From: Squalus acanthias
Taxonomy: Eukaryota
Length of the DNA stretch: 64,000 nt
Direction: 5' to 3'
NCBI GenBank assembly: GCA_030390025.1
Contig: JASTWF010000337.1
Span: forward strand, 1 to 64,000
The notes beneath the pieces are model-generated. The model saw only the letters and a program-made list of their open reading frames with translations, did not search any database and was not told where the DNA came from. Positions 53,544-64,000 of this stretch are shown in pieces (the first letter of the stretch is position 1; the number at the start of each line of letters is the position of its first letter). Both the position numbers and the translations under genes were made by a program.

Positions 53544-55828
53544 TAATTTTTGTGGTTATAGTTTCTAAGGTCTCTGTTGTGTAGCGGGGAGTGCTAGTAA
53601 ACAAGGGCCCTTGAGTATATCATTTAATTGTAGTGTAATTAGTGGCATTGATTTGATTTAATTTAATTTAAATTAATTAAATGGTAAGTCATGGCAGCAC
53701 AGCTCGGCCCCGTGGTATGCTCCTCCTGCACTATGTGGGAAATCAGGGACACTTCCTGTGTCCCTGACGACCATGTGTGCGGGAAGTGTATCCAGCTGCA
53801 GCTACTGGCAGACCGCATTGTGGCGCTGGAGCTGCGAATGGATACATAATGGAGCATTCGCGATGCTGAGGATGTCATGGATAGCACATTTAACCGCAGG
53901 TAAAGGCTGCACAGGCAGGAAGGGAATGGGTGACCACCAGGCAGAGTAGAAGGCGCAGGCAGGTAGTGCAGGGGTCCCCTGTGGCCATCCCCCTCTCAAA
54001 CAGATATACCACTTTGGATATTGTTGAGGGAGATGGCTTATCGGGGGAAGGCAGCAGCAACCAACTTCCTGGCACCATGGGGGGTTCTGCTGCACAGGAC
54101 GGAAGGAAAAAGAGCAGGAGAGCTATAATGATAAGGGAATTCTATTGTAAGGGGAATAGATAGGCATTTCTGCGGCCGCAAACGAGACTCCAGGATGGTG
54201 TGTTACCTCCCTGGTGCAAGGGTCAAGGACGTCTCGGAGCGGCTACAGAACATTTTGGAGGGGGAGGACGAACAGCCAGTTGTCGTGGTGCATATAGGTA
54301 CCAACGATATAGGTAAAAACCGGGATGAGGGCCTAAAAGCTGAATATATGGAGTTAGGAGGTAAATAAAAAAATAGGACCCCAAAGGTAGTAATCTCAAG
54401 ATTGCTACCAGTGCCATATGCAAGTCAGAGTAGAAATAGAAGGATATTTCAGATGAATACATGGCTACAGGAATGGTGCAAGGGGGAGGGATTCAAATTC
54501 CTGGGACATTGGAACCGGTTCTGGGGCAGGTGGGACCAGTACAAACTGGACGGTTTGCACCTGGGCAGGACCGGGACTGATGTCCTAGGAGGAGTGTTTG
54601 CTAGTGCTGTTGGGGAGGGTTTAAACTAAAATGGCAGGGGGTTGGGAACCTGTGCAGGGAGACAGAGGAAAGGGAAGCAAGGATAGAAGCAAAAGACAGG
54701 AAGGAGAAAAGCAAAAGTGGCAGTCAGAGAAATCAAGGGTGTAAATCAAACATGACCACAGTAAATAATAATTCTAAAAGGTCTAAGAGTGTTAAAAAAA
54801 CAAGCCTGAAGGCTTTGGGTCTAAATGCAAGGAACATTCGTAATAAGGTGGATGAATTAGCTGCGCAAATAGATGTAAACGGATATGATATAATTGAGAT
54901 TACGGAGACATGGCTCCAAGGTGACCAAGGATGGGAATTCAACATCCAGGGGTATTCAATATTCAGGAAAGCCAGGCAAAAAGGAAAAGGAGGTGGGGTA
55001 GCATTGCTGGTTAAAGAGGAGATTAACACAATAGTAAGGAAGGATATTAGCTCTGATGATGTGGAATCTGTATGGGTAGAGCTGAGAAATACCAAGGGGC
55101 AGAAAATGTTAGTGGGAGTTGTATACAGACCCCCAAACAGTAATGCTGAGGTTGGGGATGGCATTAAATGGGAAATTAGAGATGCGTGCAATAAGGGCAC
55201 AGCAGTTATCATGGGTGACTTTAATCTACATATAGATTGGGCTAACCAAATTAGTAACAATACTGTGGAGGAGGAATTCCTGGAGTGTATACGGGATGGT
55301 TTCCTGGACCAATATGTTGAGGAACCAACTAGAGATCAGGCCATCTTAGACTAGGTATTATGTAATGAGAAAGGATTAATTAGCAATCTTGTGCGAGGCC
55401 CCTTGGGGAGGAGCGATCATAATATGATAGAATTCTTCATTAAGATGGAGAGTGAAGTAGTTGACTCAGAGACTAGGGTCCTGAATTTAAATAAAGGAAA
55501 CTACGATGGTATGAGGCATGAGTTGGCTAGGATGGATTGGGAAACATTACTTAAAGGGTTGATGGTGGATAGGCAATGGCAAACATTTAAAGATCGCATG
55601 GATGAACTACAGAATTTGTTCATCCCTGTTTGGCATTAAAATAAAACAAAAAAGGTGACTCAACCGTGGCTAACAAGGGAAATTAGGGATAGCATAAGAT
55701 CCAAGGAGAGGACATATAAATTGGCCAGAAAAAGCAGTAAACCTGAGGATTGGGAGCAGTTTAGGATTCAGCAAAGGAGGACAGAGGGATTAATTAAGAG
55801 GGGGAAAATAGAGTATGAGACTAAGCTT
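53544..55828 (+). mobile_element. CR1 5' half (5' UTR, ORF1, APE) occupying the gag/pro position of the provirus
   Basis: Same subfamily as 20765-26231. ORF1 ATG at 53691; APE ORF 54752-55354. It ends abruptly and joins retroviral RT sequence. Confidence 0.92.
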
Positions 55829-55829
55829 C

Positions 55830-58260
55830 CTCCTGGAACAAGGCATACTTAGACCTATCGCGTCTACCAATAACTCACCCATTTGGCCAGTCCAAAAGCC
55901 TGATAAATCATAGCGCATGACTATAGACTACCGAGTATTAAATAAAGTCATGCCTTCAGCAGCGCCCACGGTCATCACTGCACCAGAGGCTGCCCTCAAT
56001 TTTTCCCCAACCGCAAAATTCTTCACAGTATTGGATATTAGTAATGGATTTTGGTCCATACCGTTGGCCAAGGAATGTCAGTATAAATTTGCATTCACTC
56101 ATAAAGGACAACAATACACTTGGACTTGTTTGCCCCAAGGTTTCCATAATAGCCCCTCGATATTCTCGAATATGACAACAAATGGGTTAAAGGGATTTTC
56201 TCAACCCTCAGCCCTTGTTCAGTATGTAGATGATATCCTACTCCAAACAGACACCCTTGAGAAACACGAGATCCTGTTACAAGAACTATTAGTAACTCTG
56301 TACAGATTAGGGGTTAAAATAAACCCGAAAAAGGCACAGATTGGAAAACCAAAAGTGCAATATTTAGGGATGCAAGTAACCCAGGGGGCACGGGAGTTGA
56401 CCGAAGATAGAAAGAAGTCTGCCGCCACCTTACCCCACCCCCACAGACGTCAAATCCCTCAGGTCCTTTTTAGGGATTACAGGGTACTGCCGGGATCACA
56501 TTGAGGACTACTCTGTGGTCACCAAACCCTTGTATAATCTACTATAAAAGGGGGTGCTATGGGAATGGACCCAAGAACATGCGAACTCGTTCGGTAAATT
56601 AAAGTCAGCATTGATCCAAGCCCCTGCACTACGAAACCCAGACATGTCTTCGAGCTTTTATCTGGAAACGGCCTCGAGCAAAGATGGTCTGTCAGCGGTA
56701 TTGCTGCAGGAACACTCTGCAAAGCTCCAACCTGTTGGTTACGCAGGGACAATATAGAATGAAAAAGGTTAAAGCCCATGTAAAAACCACACCATTAGGA
56801 AATCAATTAGCAGATGAAGCAGCAAAACAAGGAGCTATTGATGGTTACCTATGGGACCCTCTGCAGGGAAAGGAAGGCACACTAACAGAAACCCTTCGGC
56901 TGTCAAGGTAACCTCCAAGACAGTAATAGATCTAAGGGAGAGCCAAAGCTCTGACCCGGATCTGAACAATATCCAATTAGGAAAGCCTTATCCCGAACCA
57001 TATAGTCAATATAGAACCGGTTTAATTTTAAATCAAGGGGTGGTGCTAAAGAACGGAAGATATGTGGTACCGGAGGTGGATAGACCCGAAATAATTTACC
57101 AGTTCCATGATGTGGGAGGACACCAGGGGATAGATAGAACTACTGCCAAGATTAGGGATGTATGCTGGTGGCCAGAAATACAATCAGATGTAGAGAAATA
57201 CGTCAAGAACTGTCTGATTTTTGCTCAAAATAACCCTGGGAAATACAAGAATCAGGCTTTAATGGGACGCACTCGACAGGGCAAGAGCCCCGGGCCCAAC
57301 TTCAGATAGATTATATAGGGCCACTGCTCACCTGCCCAGGAGGAAAGAAGTACATATTGGTAATAGTAGATGTATTTTCTAAATGGATTGAGGCCTTCCC
57401 AACCAATAACAATTCAGCTGCCACTACCGTCAAAATCCTAATGGAAGAAGTGTTCTCCCGATGGGGATTACCCGAAAGCATCGACTCAGATCAAGGGACC
57501 CATTTTACTGGGCAGGTCATGAGATCGGTCATGCAGTTGGCTGGGGTAAAACAGGATTTTCACATTTCATACCATCCAGAGTCCAGTGGGATAGTAGAAA
57601 GAATGAAGAGGACCCTAAAAACTATGATGAGGAAATTGGTCCAACAAAATCATACCTCCTGGCATAGGGTTGCTCCCTTCTGCATTAATGGCCATCCGGA
57701 ACACGGTGGTAGCATCCACCGGCTGCTCACCACATGAGTTCATGACAGGAAGGATTCTGAAAGGTATCGAGGCATTTATGGGTAGGGACCTAAGTGAAAT
57801 CCAGAAGACATCCTTGTCATCTGAAAAATACATGACTGATTTGGTGAAGTATTTGGAAGCGGCAAAAATGACCGCAGCCGTAAAAATGGGAAAAAGGCAT
57901 CAGAAAAGTAAAGCCTATTTTGACGGGAAAACCCACCCATGGGAAGTCAAGATAGGTGACCAGGTCATGGTTAAGGTCCAAAGGGAGGGAACATTCCTGA
58001 GCCCAAAATATGCAGGGCCCTTTAGAGTAATGGAAAAAGCTAGTCCCTCCGTATATAAGATAATGGACGGACAAGGAAAGTAAAAAAGGCACCACATCCA
58101 TCAGTTAAAAACTTTCGGGAAAGTGGATAGTTTTCACCAGTACCATGTACAACTGGATGCTTCAGACCCCCAGGGATTGGATGAAGGAAATGATGGTTCA
58201 GATGACGGTAACAAATCAGATAGGTCGATCAGGACTCAACAGGTCTGGTGGACGGAGTAG
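55830..58260 (+). pseudogene. pol: Proviral pol: RT, RNase-H-like tether, RNase H C-terminus, integrase (HHCC, DDE, GPY/F)
   Basis: RT: LLEQGILRP..NSPIWPVQKPD, LDISNGFWSIPL, YTWTCLPQGFHNSP, YVDD. Tether: FYLETASSKDGLSAVLLQ. RNase H: KVKAH..GNQLADEAAK. Integrase: HDVGGHQG..WWP..C, QIDYIGPL, SDQGTHF, SSGIVER, PKYAGPF. Stops and frameshifts throughout. Confidence 0.93.
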
Positions 58261-58517
58261 GGAACCTGTTCCTAAATGATGAACGGGACCCAAATGAATC
58301 TCCTCCTAACTCACCAATAAGGGAGACAGCGAGTACCGGGTCAGCAAATTTCATGGCTGCCACTCACCGACTCCTTGGTTGGGCACACCTACTTGGAATG
58401 GATCGCTCCTCAAAGACCCCTCGTTTACAAAGGGTGACTGATATATAAGAAATAATTCATAAACTGTACATAAGAGCAGCTAGTATCTTGATCATGTTTG
58501 TATGTGTTTAGAAATGA

Positions 58518-61500
58518 ATGCCGGAAATAATTCCAGTCGAAACCTCAGACGACTATCGCAATCGTTATCAAGAATGGAGTGAGGAGCTGTTCTGGACCCT
58601 TTTTCCATCTGGGACTTTTGATGTTCGGAACATTCTTTATCCTATGGATCATCCATCAAATATGAAAGAATAGGGGACACCAACAGAACAACGAAGAAGG
58701 ACAAGAGGAAATAGAAACATAGAAACATAGAAAATAGGTACAGGAGTAGACCATTCGGTCCTTCGAGCCTGCACCGCCATTCAATGCGTTCATGGCAGAA
58801 CATGCTAACTCAGTACCCCATTCCTGCTTTCTCGCCATACCCCTTGATCCCCCTAGTTGTGAGTGTTATATCTAACTCCCTTTTGAATATATTTAGCGAA
58901 CTGGCCTCAACAACCTTCTGTGGAAGAGAATTCCACAGATTCACCACTCTCTGGGTGAAGAAGTTCCTCCTCATCTCAGTCTTAAATGGCTTCCCCTTTA
59001 TCCTTAGACTGTGACCCCTGGTTCTAGTTTTCCCTCACATTGGAAACATTCTGCCCGCATCTAATTTGTCTAAACCAGTCAGGATTTTAAACGTCTCTAT
59101 AAGATCCCCCCTCATTCTTCTGAACTCCAGAGGATACAAGTTCAGTTGATCCAGTCTTTCTTGATATGTCAGTCTGGCCATCCCAGGAATCAATCTAGTG
59201 AACCTTCGTTGCACTCCCTCAATAGCAAGAATGTCCTTCCTCAAGTTAGGAGACCAAAACTGCACACAATACTCCAGGTGTGGCCTCACCAAGGCCCTGT
59301 ACAACTGTAGCATCACCTCCCTACTCCTGTACTCAATTCCCCTTGCTATGAAGGCCATCATGCCATTTGCTTTCTTGACTGCCTGCTGCACTTGCCTTCC
59401 CACCTTCAGTGACTGATGTGCCATGACGCCCAGGTCTCGTTGCACCTCCCCTTTCCCTAATCTGCCACCACTCAGGTAATAGTCTGCCTCCCTATTTTTA
59501 CCACCAAAGTGGATAACCTCACATTTATCCACATTGTACTTCATCTGCCATACATTTGCCCATTCACCCAACCTGTCCAAGTCACTCTGTAGCCTCCTAG
59601 TATCCTCCTCATTGTTCACACTGCCTCCCAATTTAGTGTTATCCGCAAATTTGGAGATATTACAATTAATCCCTTCATCCAAATCATTAATATATAATGT
59701 AAACAGCTGGGGCCCCAGCACCGAACCCTGTGGTACCCCGCTGGTCACTGCCTGCCATTCTGAAAAGTACCCATTTACTCCTACTCTTTGTTTCCTGTGT
59801 GCCAACCAGTTCTCAATCCACGTCAACACATTACCCCCAATCCCATGTGCTTTAACTTTGCACACCAATCTCTTGTGTGGGACCTTGTCGAAGGCCTTCT
59901 GAAAGTCCAAATACACCACATCTACTGGTTCCCCCCCATCCACCCTATTGGAAACATCCTCAAAAAATTCCAGAAGATTTGTCAAGCATGATTTCCCTAT
60001 CACAAATCCATGCTGACTTGGACCTATCATGTCGCCACTTTCCAAATGGTCTGTTATGACATCTTTAATAATTGATTCCATCATTTTACCCACCACCGAT
60101 GTCAGGCTGACTGGTCTATAATTCCCTGCTTTCTCCCTCCCTCCTTTTTTAAAAAGAGGGGTTACATTAGCCACCCTCCACTCCTTCGGAACTCATCCAG
60201 AGTCTAAGGAATGTTGGAAAATGATCGTCAATGCATCCACTATTTCCAAGGCCACCTCCTTAAGTACTCTGGGATGCAGACCATCAGGCCCTGGGGATTT
60301 ATCAGCCTTCAGTCCCATCAATTTCCCCAACACCTTTTCCCGACTGATAAGGATTTCCCTCAGCTCCTCCCTCTTACCAGATCCTTTGATCTCTTTTATT
60401 TCCGGAAGGTTGTTTGTGTCCTCCACAGTAAACACCGAACCAAAATACTTGTTCAATTGATCTGCCATTTCTTTGTTCCCCATTATGACTTCCCCTGTTT
60501 CTGACTGCAGGGGACCTACGTTTGTTTTTACTAACCTCTTTCTTTTTACATATTTATAGAAGCTTTTGCAGTCCGTTTTAATGTTCTCCGCAAGCTTCCT
60601 TTCATATTTTATTTTCCCTGCCCTAATCAAACCCTTCGTCCTCCTCTGCTGAGTTTTAAAGTTCTCCCAGTCCCCAGGTTTGCTGCTACTTCTGGCCAAT
60701 TTGTATGCCACTTCCTTGCTTTTAATACTATCCCTGATTTCCCTTGTTAGCCATGGTTGAGCCACCTTCCCTTTTTTATTTTTACGCCAGACAGGGATGT
60801 ACAATAGAGGCGGTTCGACAATGACGTGTTATATAATATTAACTTGTGTACTTATGATATGTGTAGAATTAAACAGGGTACTGGGTGAACAGAAGGTGAT
60901 TCTCACCTCCGGGGACACAGACTATAATAGCGCGAATTGTATCGCAGAGTTTAGTCACTGGAAGGCCCCTACCCACGGAAACCATGAGTGTAGCTGCAGT
61001 GGGATGGCTAGGACATGCCACCAGACTAGCTATGCGGGGAACCTGACTAGGGTGTGTGTGACTTGCAGCCATACTAATCAAGGTAAACGATCTATAGTCT
61101 GGCAGGCAAAGGCCGAGAAGGATGGAATATACACAGTATCGTCAGGAGCCAATCCACTAAGTAGAGCAAATTGTACCATCGAGGGCAGAAAGGTATGTTG
61201 TCAGATGGATCCACAGGCAAAGAGTTTACACTTATTCATGGGATGTAGTAGTAATAGGGCGGTGGGAAACCTGACTTCTAATGCAAGGGTCTCCCAGAGA
61301 CCTAATTGCTCCTGCGAAAGTCAAGTGAAGATCATAGTTCATCAGCTCCCTTCCACACCCACCCCAGGACCAACTCCCACCCCTATGACCACTTCCCCAT
61401 TCCCACCCACTCTGGCTCCTCCGACAGAATGTCTCCAAGAAACGTTCGGACCAAAGGGAGGAGTTGTATTCAGAACCACTGGCGAGATTGTGTATGATAA

Positions 61501-62451
61501 TGTACAGTATGCTTTGGTACCCATCGTTTTGAATATGTCAGATATCCAGCTGCCCGCCTGGTGTCCTACTAAACTGCAATAAATTCACCGAGACTTGATT
61601 AAGGGGTTGCTCCAACAGGAAATAGGCAATAATACTGGGGGGAACCGTACCCAGGAAGGAGCAAGTGAGAGCAAGAAGGAATGAAGTTAGCGGAGTTTAA
61701 GAATATAGGGACAATACAGGAAGGAATATGGATGAGGTTTGATAATCTGTTACCATATGCTGTCGAACTAGATGGTACCCTAGTCGGTACCACCCTAAAT
61801 CAATGTCAACAAACTGACCAAACGGTAATATGCCCCGATAAGATTTATCCAACTAACGCGGCAAGATGTGGGTTCAATGGGATCAAAACCCTAAATCGTA
61901 CGCTGGTAGTGGAATCTACCACTGGAAGAATCGAGAGAACCGGCTATCAGGGAAATAGAACTTACTGTTTTACCACAACCAAGGTCAGCTATCACTATGG
62001 AAACAGGGAATGTCCCATAGAAACCCCGACTTTCTGTCTGCACCCTTTAATACCGATGAGATTGGGTAATGAAGAAATTATCGATATCGAGCGAAGAGAA
62101 ACGGTTCAGATTAATGTGGCTGACGGCCTGAAAGGAAACTTGGAGAATTACTTTGGAAAATATGACATCAGTATCCAATTAGAGAAGGAACATTTGATTA
62201 GGATCAAGCATCAGCTTGAACTGATACATCAGACTTACATACGAGTGGAACAGAACACACAGGAAAATGGCAAGGACATAAAGAGCATCAAGATAGACAC
62301 ATGGTGGGATGAAATATGGAATTGGGGTACAAATGTCAATATACACCCATGGATTAGAATATTCTCACACATTACAGTTATTCTAATTACTGTAATATTC
62401 CTGTGTCTGTGTGTCACCTGGAGAAGTATGATGAGATTGGAAAAAGATTGA
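58518..62451 (+). pseudogene. env: Proviral env, F-fusion-glycoprotein-like; split by a CR1 and internally deleted
   Basis: ATG at 58518 follows a splice-acceptor-like TGTTTAG. Removing the CR1 restores the frame to the hydrophobic YIILTCVLMICV. A Cys-rich domain, PT-rich linker, RARR (61668-61679), Cys-rich segment, heptad region, WWDEIWNW and TM (IFSHITVILITVIFLCLCVTW) follow. Confidence 0.82.
58716..60802 (-). mobile_element. Young 5'-truncated CR1 LINE inserted in env
   Basis: ORFs 60193-60804 and 59035-60174, (CATAGAAA)n tail, and AATAGA duplicated at 58710-58715 and 60803-60808. Confidence 0.95.
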
Positions 62452-62557
62452 AGGGGCGACTCGGAATGATGGAGACGGGGCAAGTGATGAAGATGGAAGA
62501 CCGGAGGAGGCTACTAACTACGAAAGGTGATCAATATAATCGATGATTAAAATGATC

Positions 62558-62568
62558 AAAGGGAGGAG
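62558..62568 (+). promoter_or_regulatory. Polypurine tract
   Basis: AAAGGGAGGAG immediately precedes the TG of the 3' LTR. Confidence 0.88.
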
Positions 62569-63389
62569 TGTAGAAATATGAACTGGTGCCTTTAGAAAAT
62601 GGTCGAGGACTGCGAAAACTGCAGCCAGTGAGATCTCAAATAAACAAAACCTTGAAGCTGGGGGCCTAGGGCTGCTCAAATAACAGAGTTAACAGGCCTG
62701 CAAGAGATGACAAGCTTGCAGGATGATCGAGTCTACAACAATAATTAACTCAAGATAAGGGTGACAATCTAGTCTAACGGTTGAGCAGTCGCAAACCACA
62801 TAATAAGGGACCTCTGGAATTCCCTAACCGACCAAGGATACCGATTGGCTAAGGATGAACACATCTCAGACAAAATGGCCGAATCTGCACACGGCACGCC
62901 TTGACCATTCTGTTGTGATGATCACAGAAGCTGTGAGCTAACTGTCAAGAGGTCTCATGACTGATTAGAGCAACCTTGTGCAAACGGTCTTATCGGTGGG
63001 GGGGGGGTGGGGGGGGGGGCACATAGGTAGTAAAAATATCGATATAAAAGAAGGGAGCCAAGAGCTAGTTTAGCAGCGAGAACCTGGGAATCACACTTGA
63101 GAAGGGAGGAGCCACAAGTCTGGGACTTGTTGTAGGACACCAGCGCGAAGGCTGATCAACTTTCAAACGGGTAATATTGTTTCAAGCTAGCACACATGGG
63201 AAGTGAGCCCTGTGTCATTTTCCTTGTAAGTTATTCAAACAACTTGTTAACCAATGAAGTACTGAATGTATGCAACTTACTGAGGCCGACCGACATTTGA
63301 CACTCTGAACTAAGAATCATAATTGTTGAACTGTTGTTGAGCTGACTACTTATTACTAGCTCAATAGATACAGTGAATTCGGGACAATA
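62569..63389 (+). repeat. 3' LTR (821 bp)
   Basis: TGTAGAAATATG...GGACAATA (terminal CA mutated to TA). G-tract near 62998-63019 and TATAAAA at 63043. Confidence 0.95.
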
Positions 63390-63704
63390 CTGACCCATGA
63401 GGGAGGTGTTGGTGGCAGGCAACAAGGAAGTGTGGGCTCCTCTCCAAGCGCTCACACTGCCATGCCACTGCGGAGCCCTTGATCAGAGCCCCACCAGAGT
63501 CCTCACCCAACTGAGATTGGCGTCTCAGCCCCTGCACAGACGCAGGAGTAGCAAACTGTTGCCGAGCCCTCCCAGGATCGCAAACCCAGAGGATGCCCGC
63601 CAAAGGTGTCGAAGCAGCAGCAGCATGAAAGTGAGCAAGGTGCCTCCACATCTGCGGAAGCACCACGTAGAAGCACGCATAAGAGGAAGATAAAGCACAA
63701 ATAG
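63390..63704 (+). pseudogene. Harbinger Myb/SANT-like gene remnant, 3' part
   Basis: In frame with 52310-52740 once the provirus and one TSD copy are removed (GLT-HEGGVGG...). It ends KPRGCPPK...APRRSTHKRKIKHK* and has two internal stops. Confidence 0.6.
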
Positions 63705-64000
63705 TCACAAGGGTAGTCACTTGGGTGTTCTGTTCTGTTGTCTTTTGTTCTGTTTAATATTTGCCATTGTCATCCTTTTGTGTATGTATTAAACAAAAGT
63801 GATGGCAAACAGTTGAAGTTCTGGCCTATGTGTTCTGGAAAATGGAAGTTGCACATTGATGGCTCAGGGCGACTGGCATTTGTAATGATGGTGGTGAGAG
63901 TGATACATTGTGTATGATCTGTTAAGAAGGTGCCAGCCACATGTATTTGATTCATCTACCTAAGCGAATCTGTCAAAGATTAGTGCATCCCTTGCATCTG

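Larger units (their letters stand above)
52741..63389 (+). mobile_element. Endogenous retrovirus-like provirus (lokiretrovirus-like candidate), decayed, with two CR1 insertions
   Basis: Paired LTRs, 5-bp TSD CTGAC (52736-52740, 63390-63394), PBS, PPT, pol in RT-tether-RNase H-IN order, and env with a TM anchor. Confidence 0.92.

Noticed and set aside
58248..58448. Accessory gene between pol and env
   Set aside because: Short, GTG-initiated and without motifs. It could be a frameshifted integrase tail and cannot be supported from one decayed copy.
52741..63389. Calling the provirus a foamy virus
   Set aside because: The RT motifs are spuma-like, but the Arg PBS, 5-bp TSD, F-like env and lack of accessory ORFs between env and the 3' LTR do not fit.

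Overview
Eukaryotic, repeat-dense (heterochromatin-like) vertebrate DNA. It is most likely from a cartilaginous fish; this is inferred from the CR1, Deu-domain SINE and Penelope families present. No intact host gene is visible. Bases 1-28.8 kb are a 28-bp satellite with higher-order repeats, interrupted by a near-full-length CR1 LINE that carries a Harbinger-type MITE. Bases 29-52 kb are nested CR1/L2 LINEs, SINEs, minisatellites, a solo LTR and a palindromic Penelope-like insertion with two hammerhead ribozyme motifs. This stretch also holds a 3.3-kb APE-RT LINE with a tRNA-like (Pol III) head and almost no T4 runs. The most notable element is a decayed provirus at 52741-63389 with paired LTRs, a 5-bp TSD and a tRNA-Arg PBS. 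Its pol has a spuma-like YVDD RT, a tether plus a second RNase H, and integrase. Its env resembles a paramyxovirus-type F fusion glycoprotein rather than a classical retroviral Env, so it is a lokiretrovirus-like candidate. It sits inside a Harbinger Myb/SANT-like gene remnant. All family assignments were made by eye; no database searches were run.
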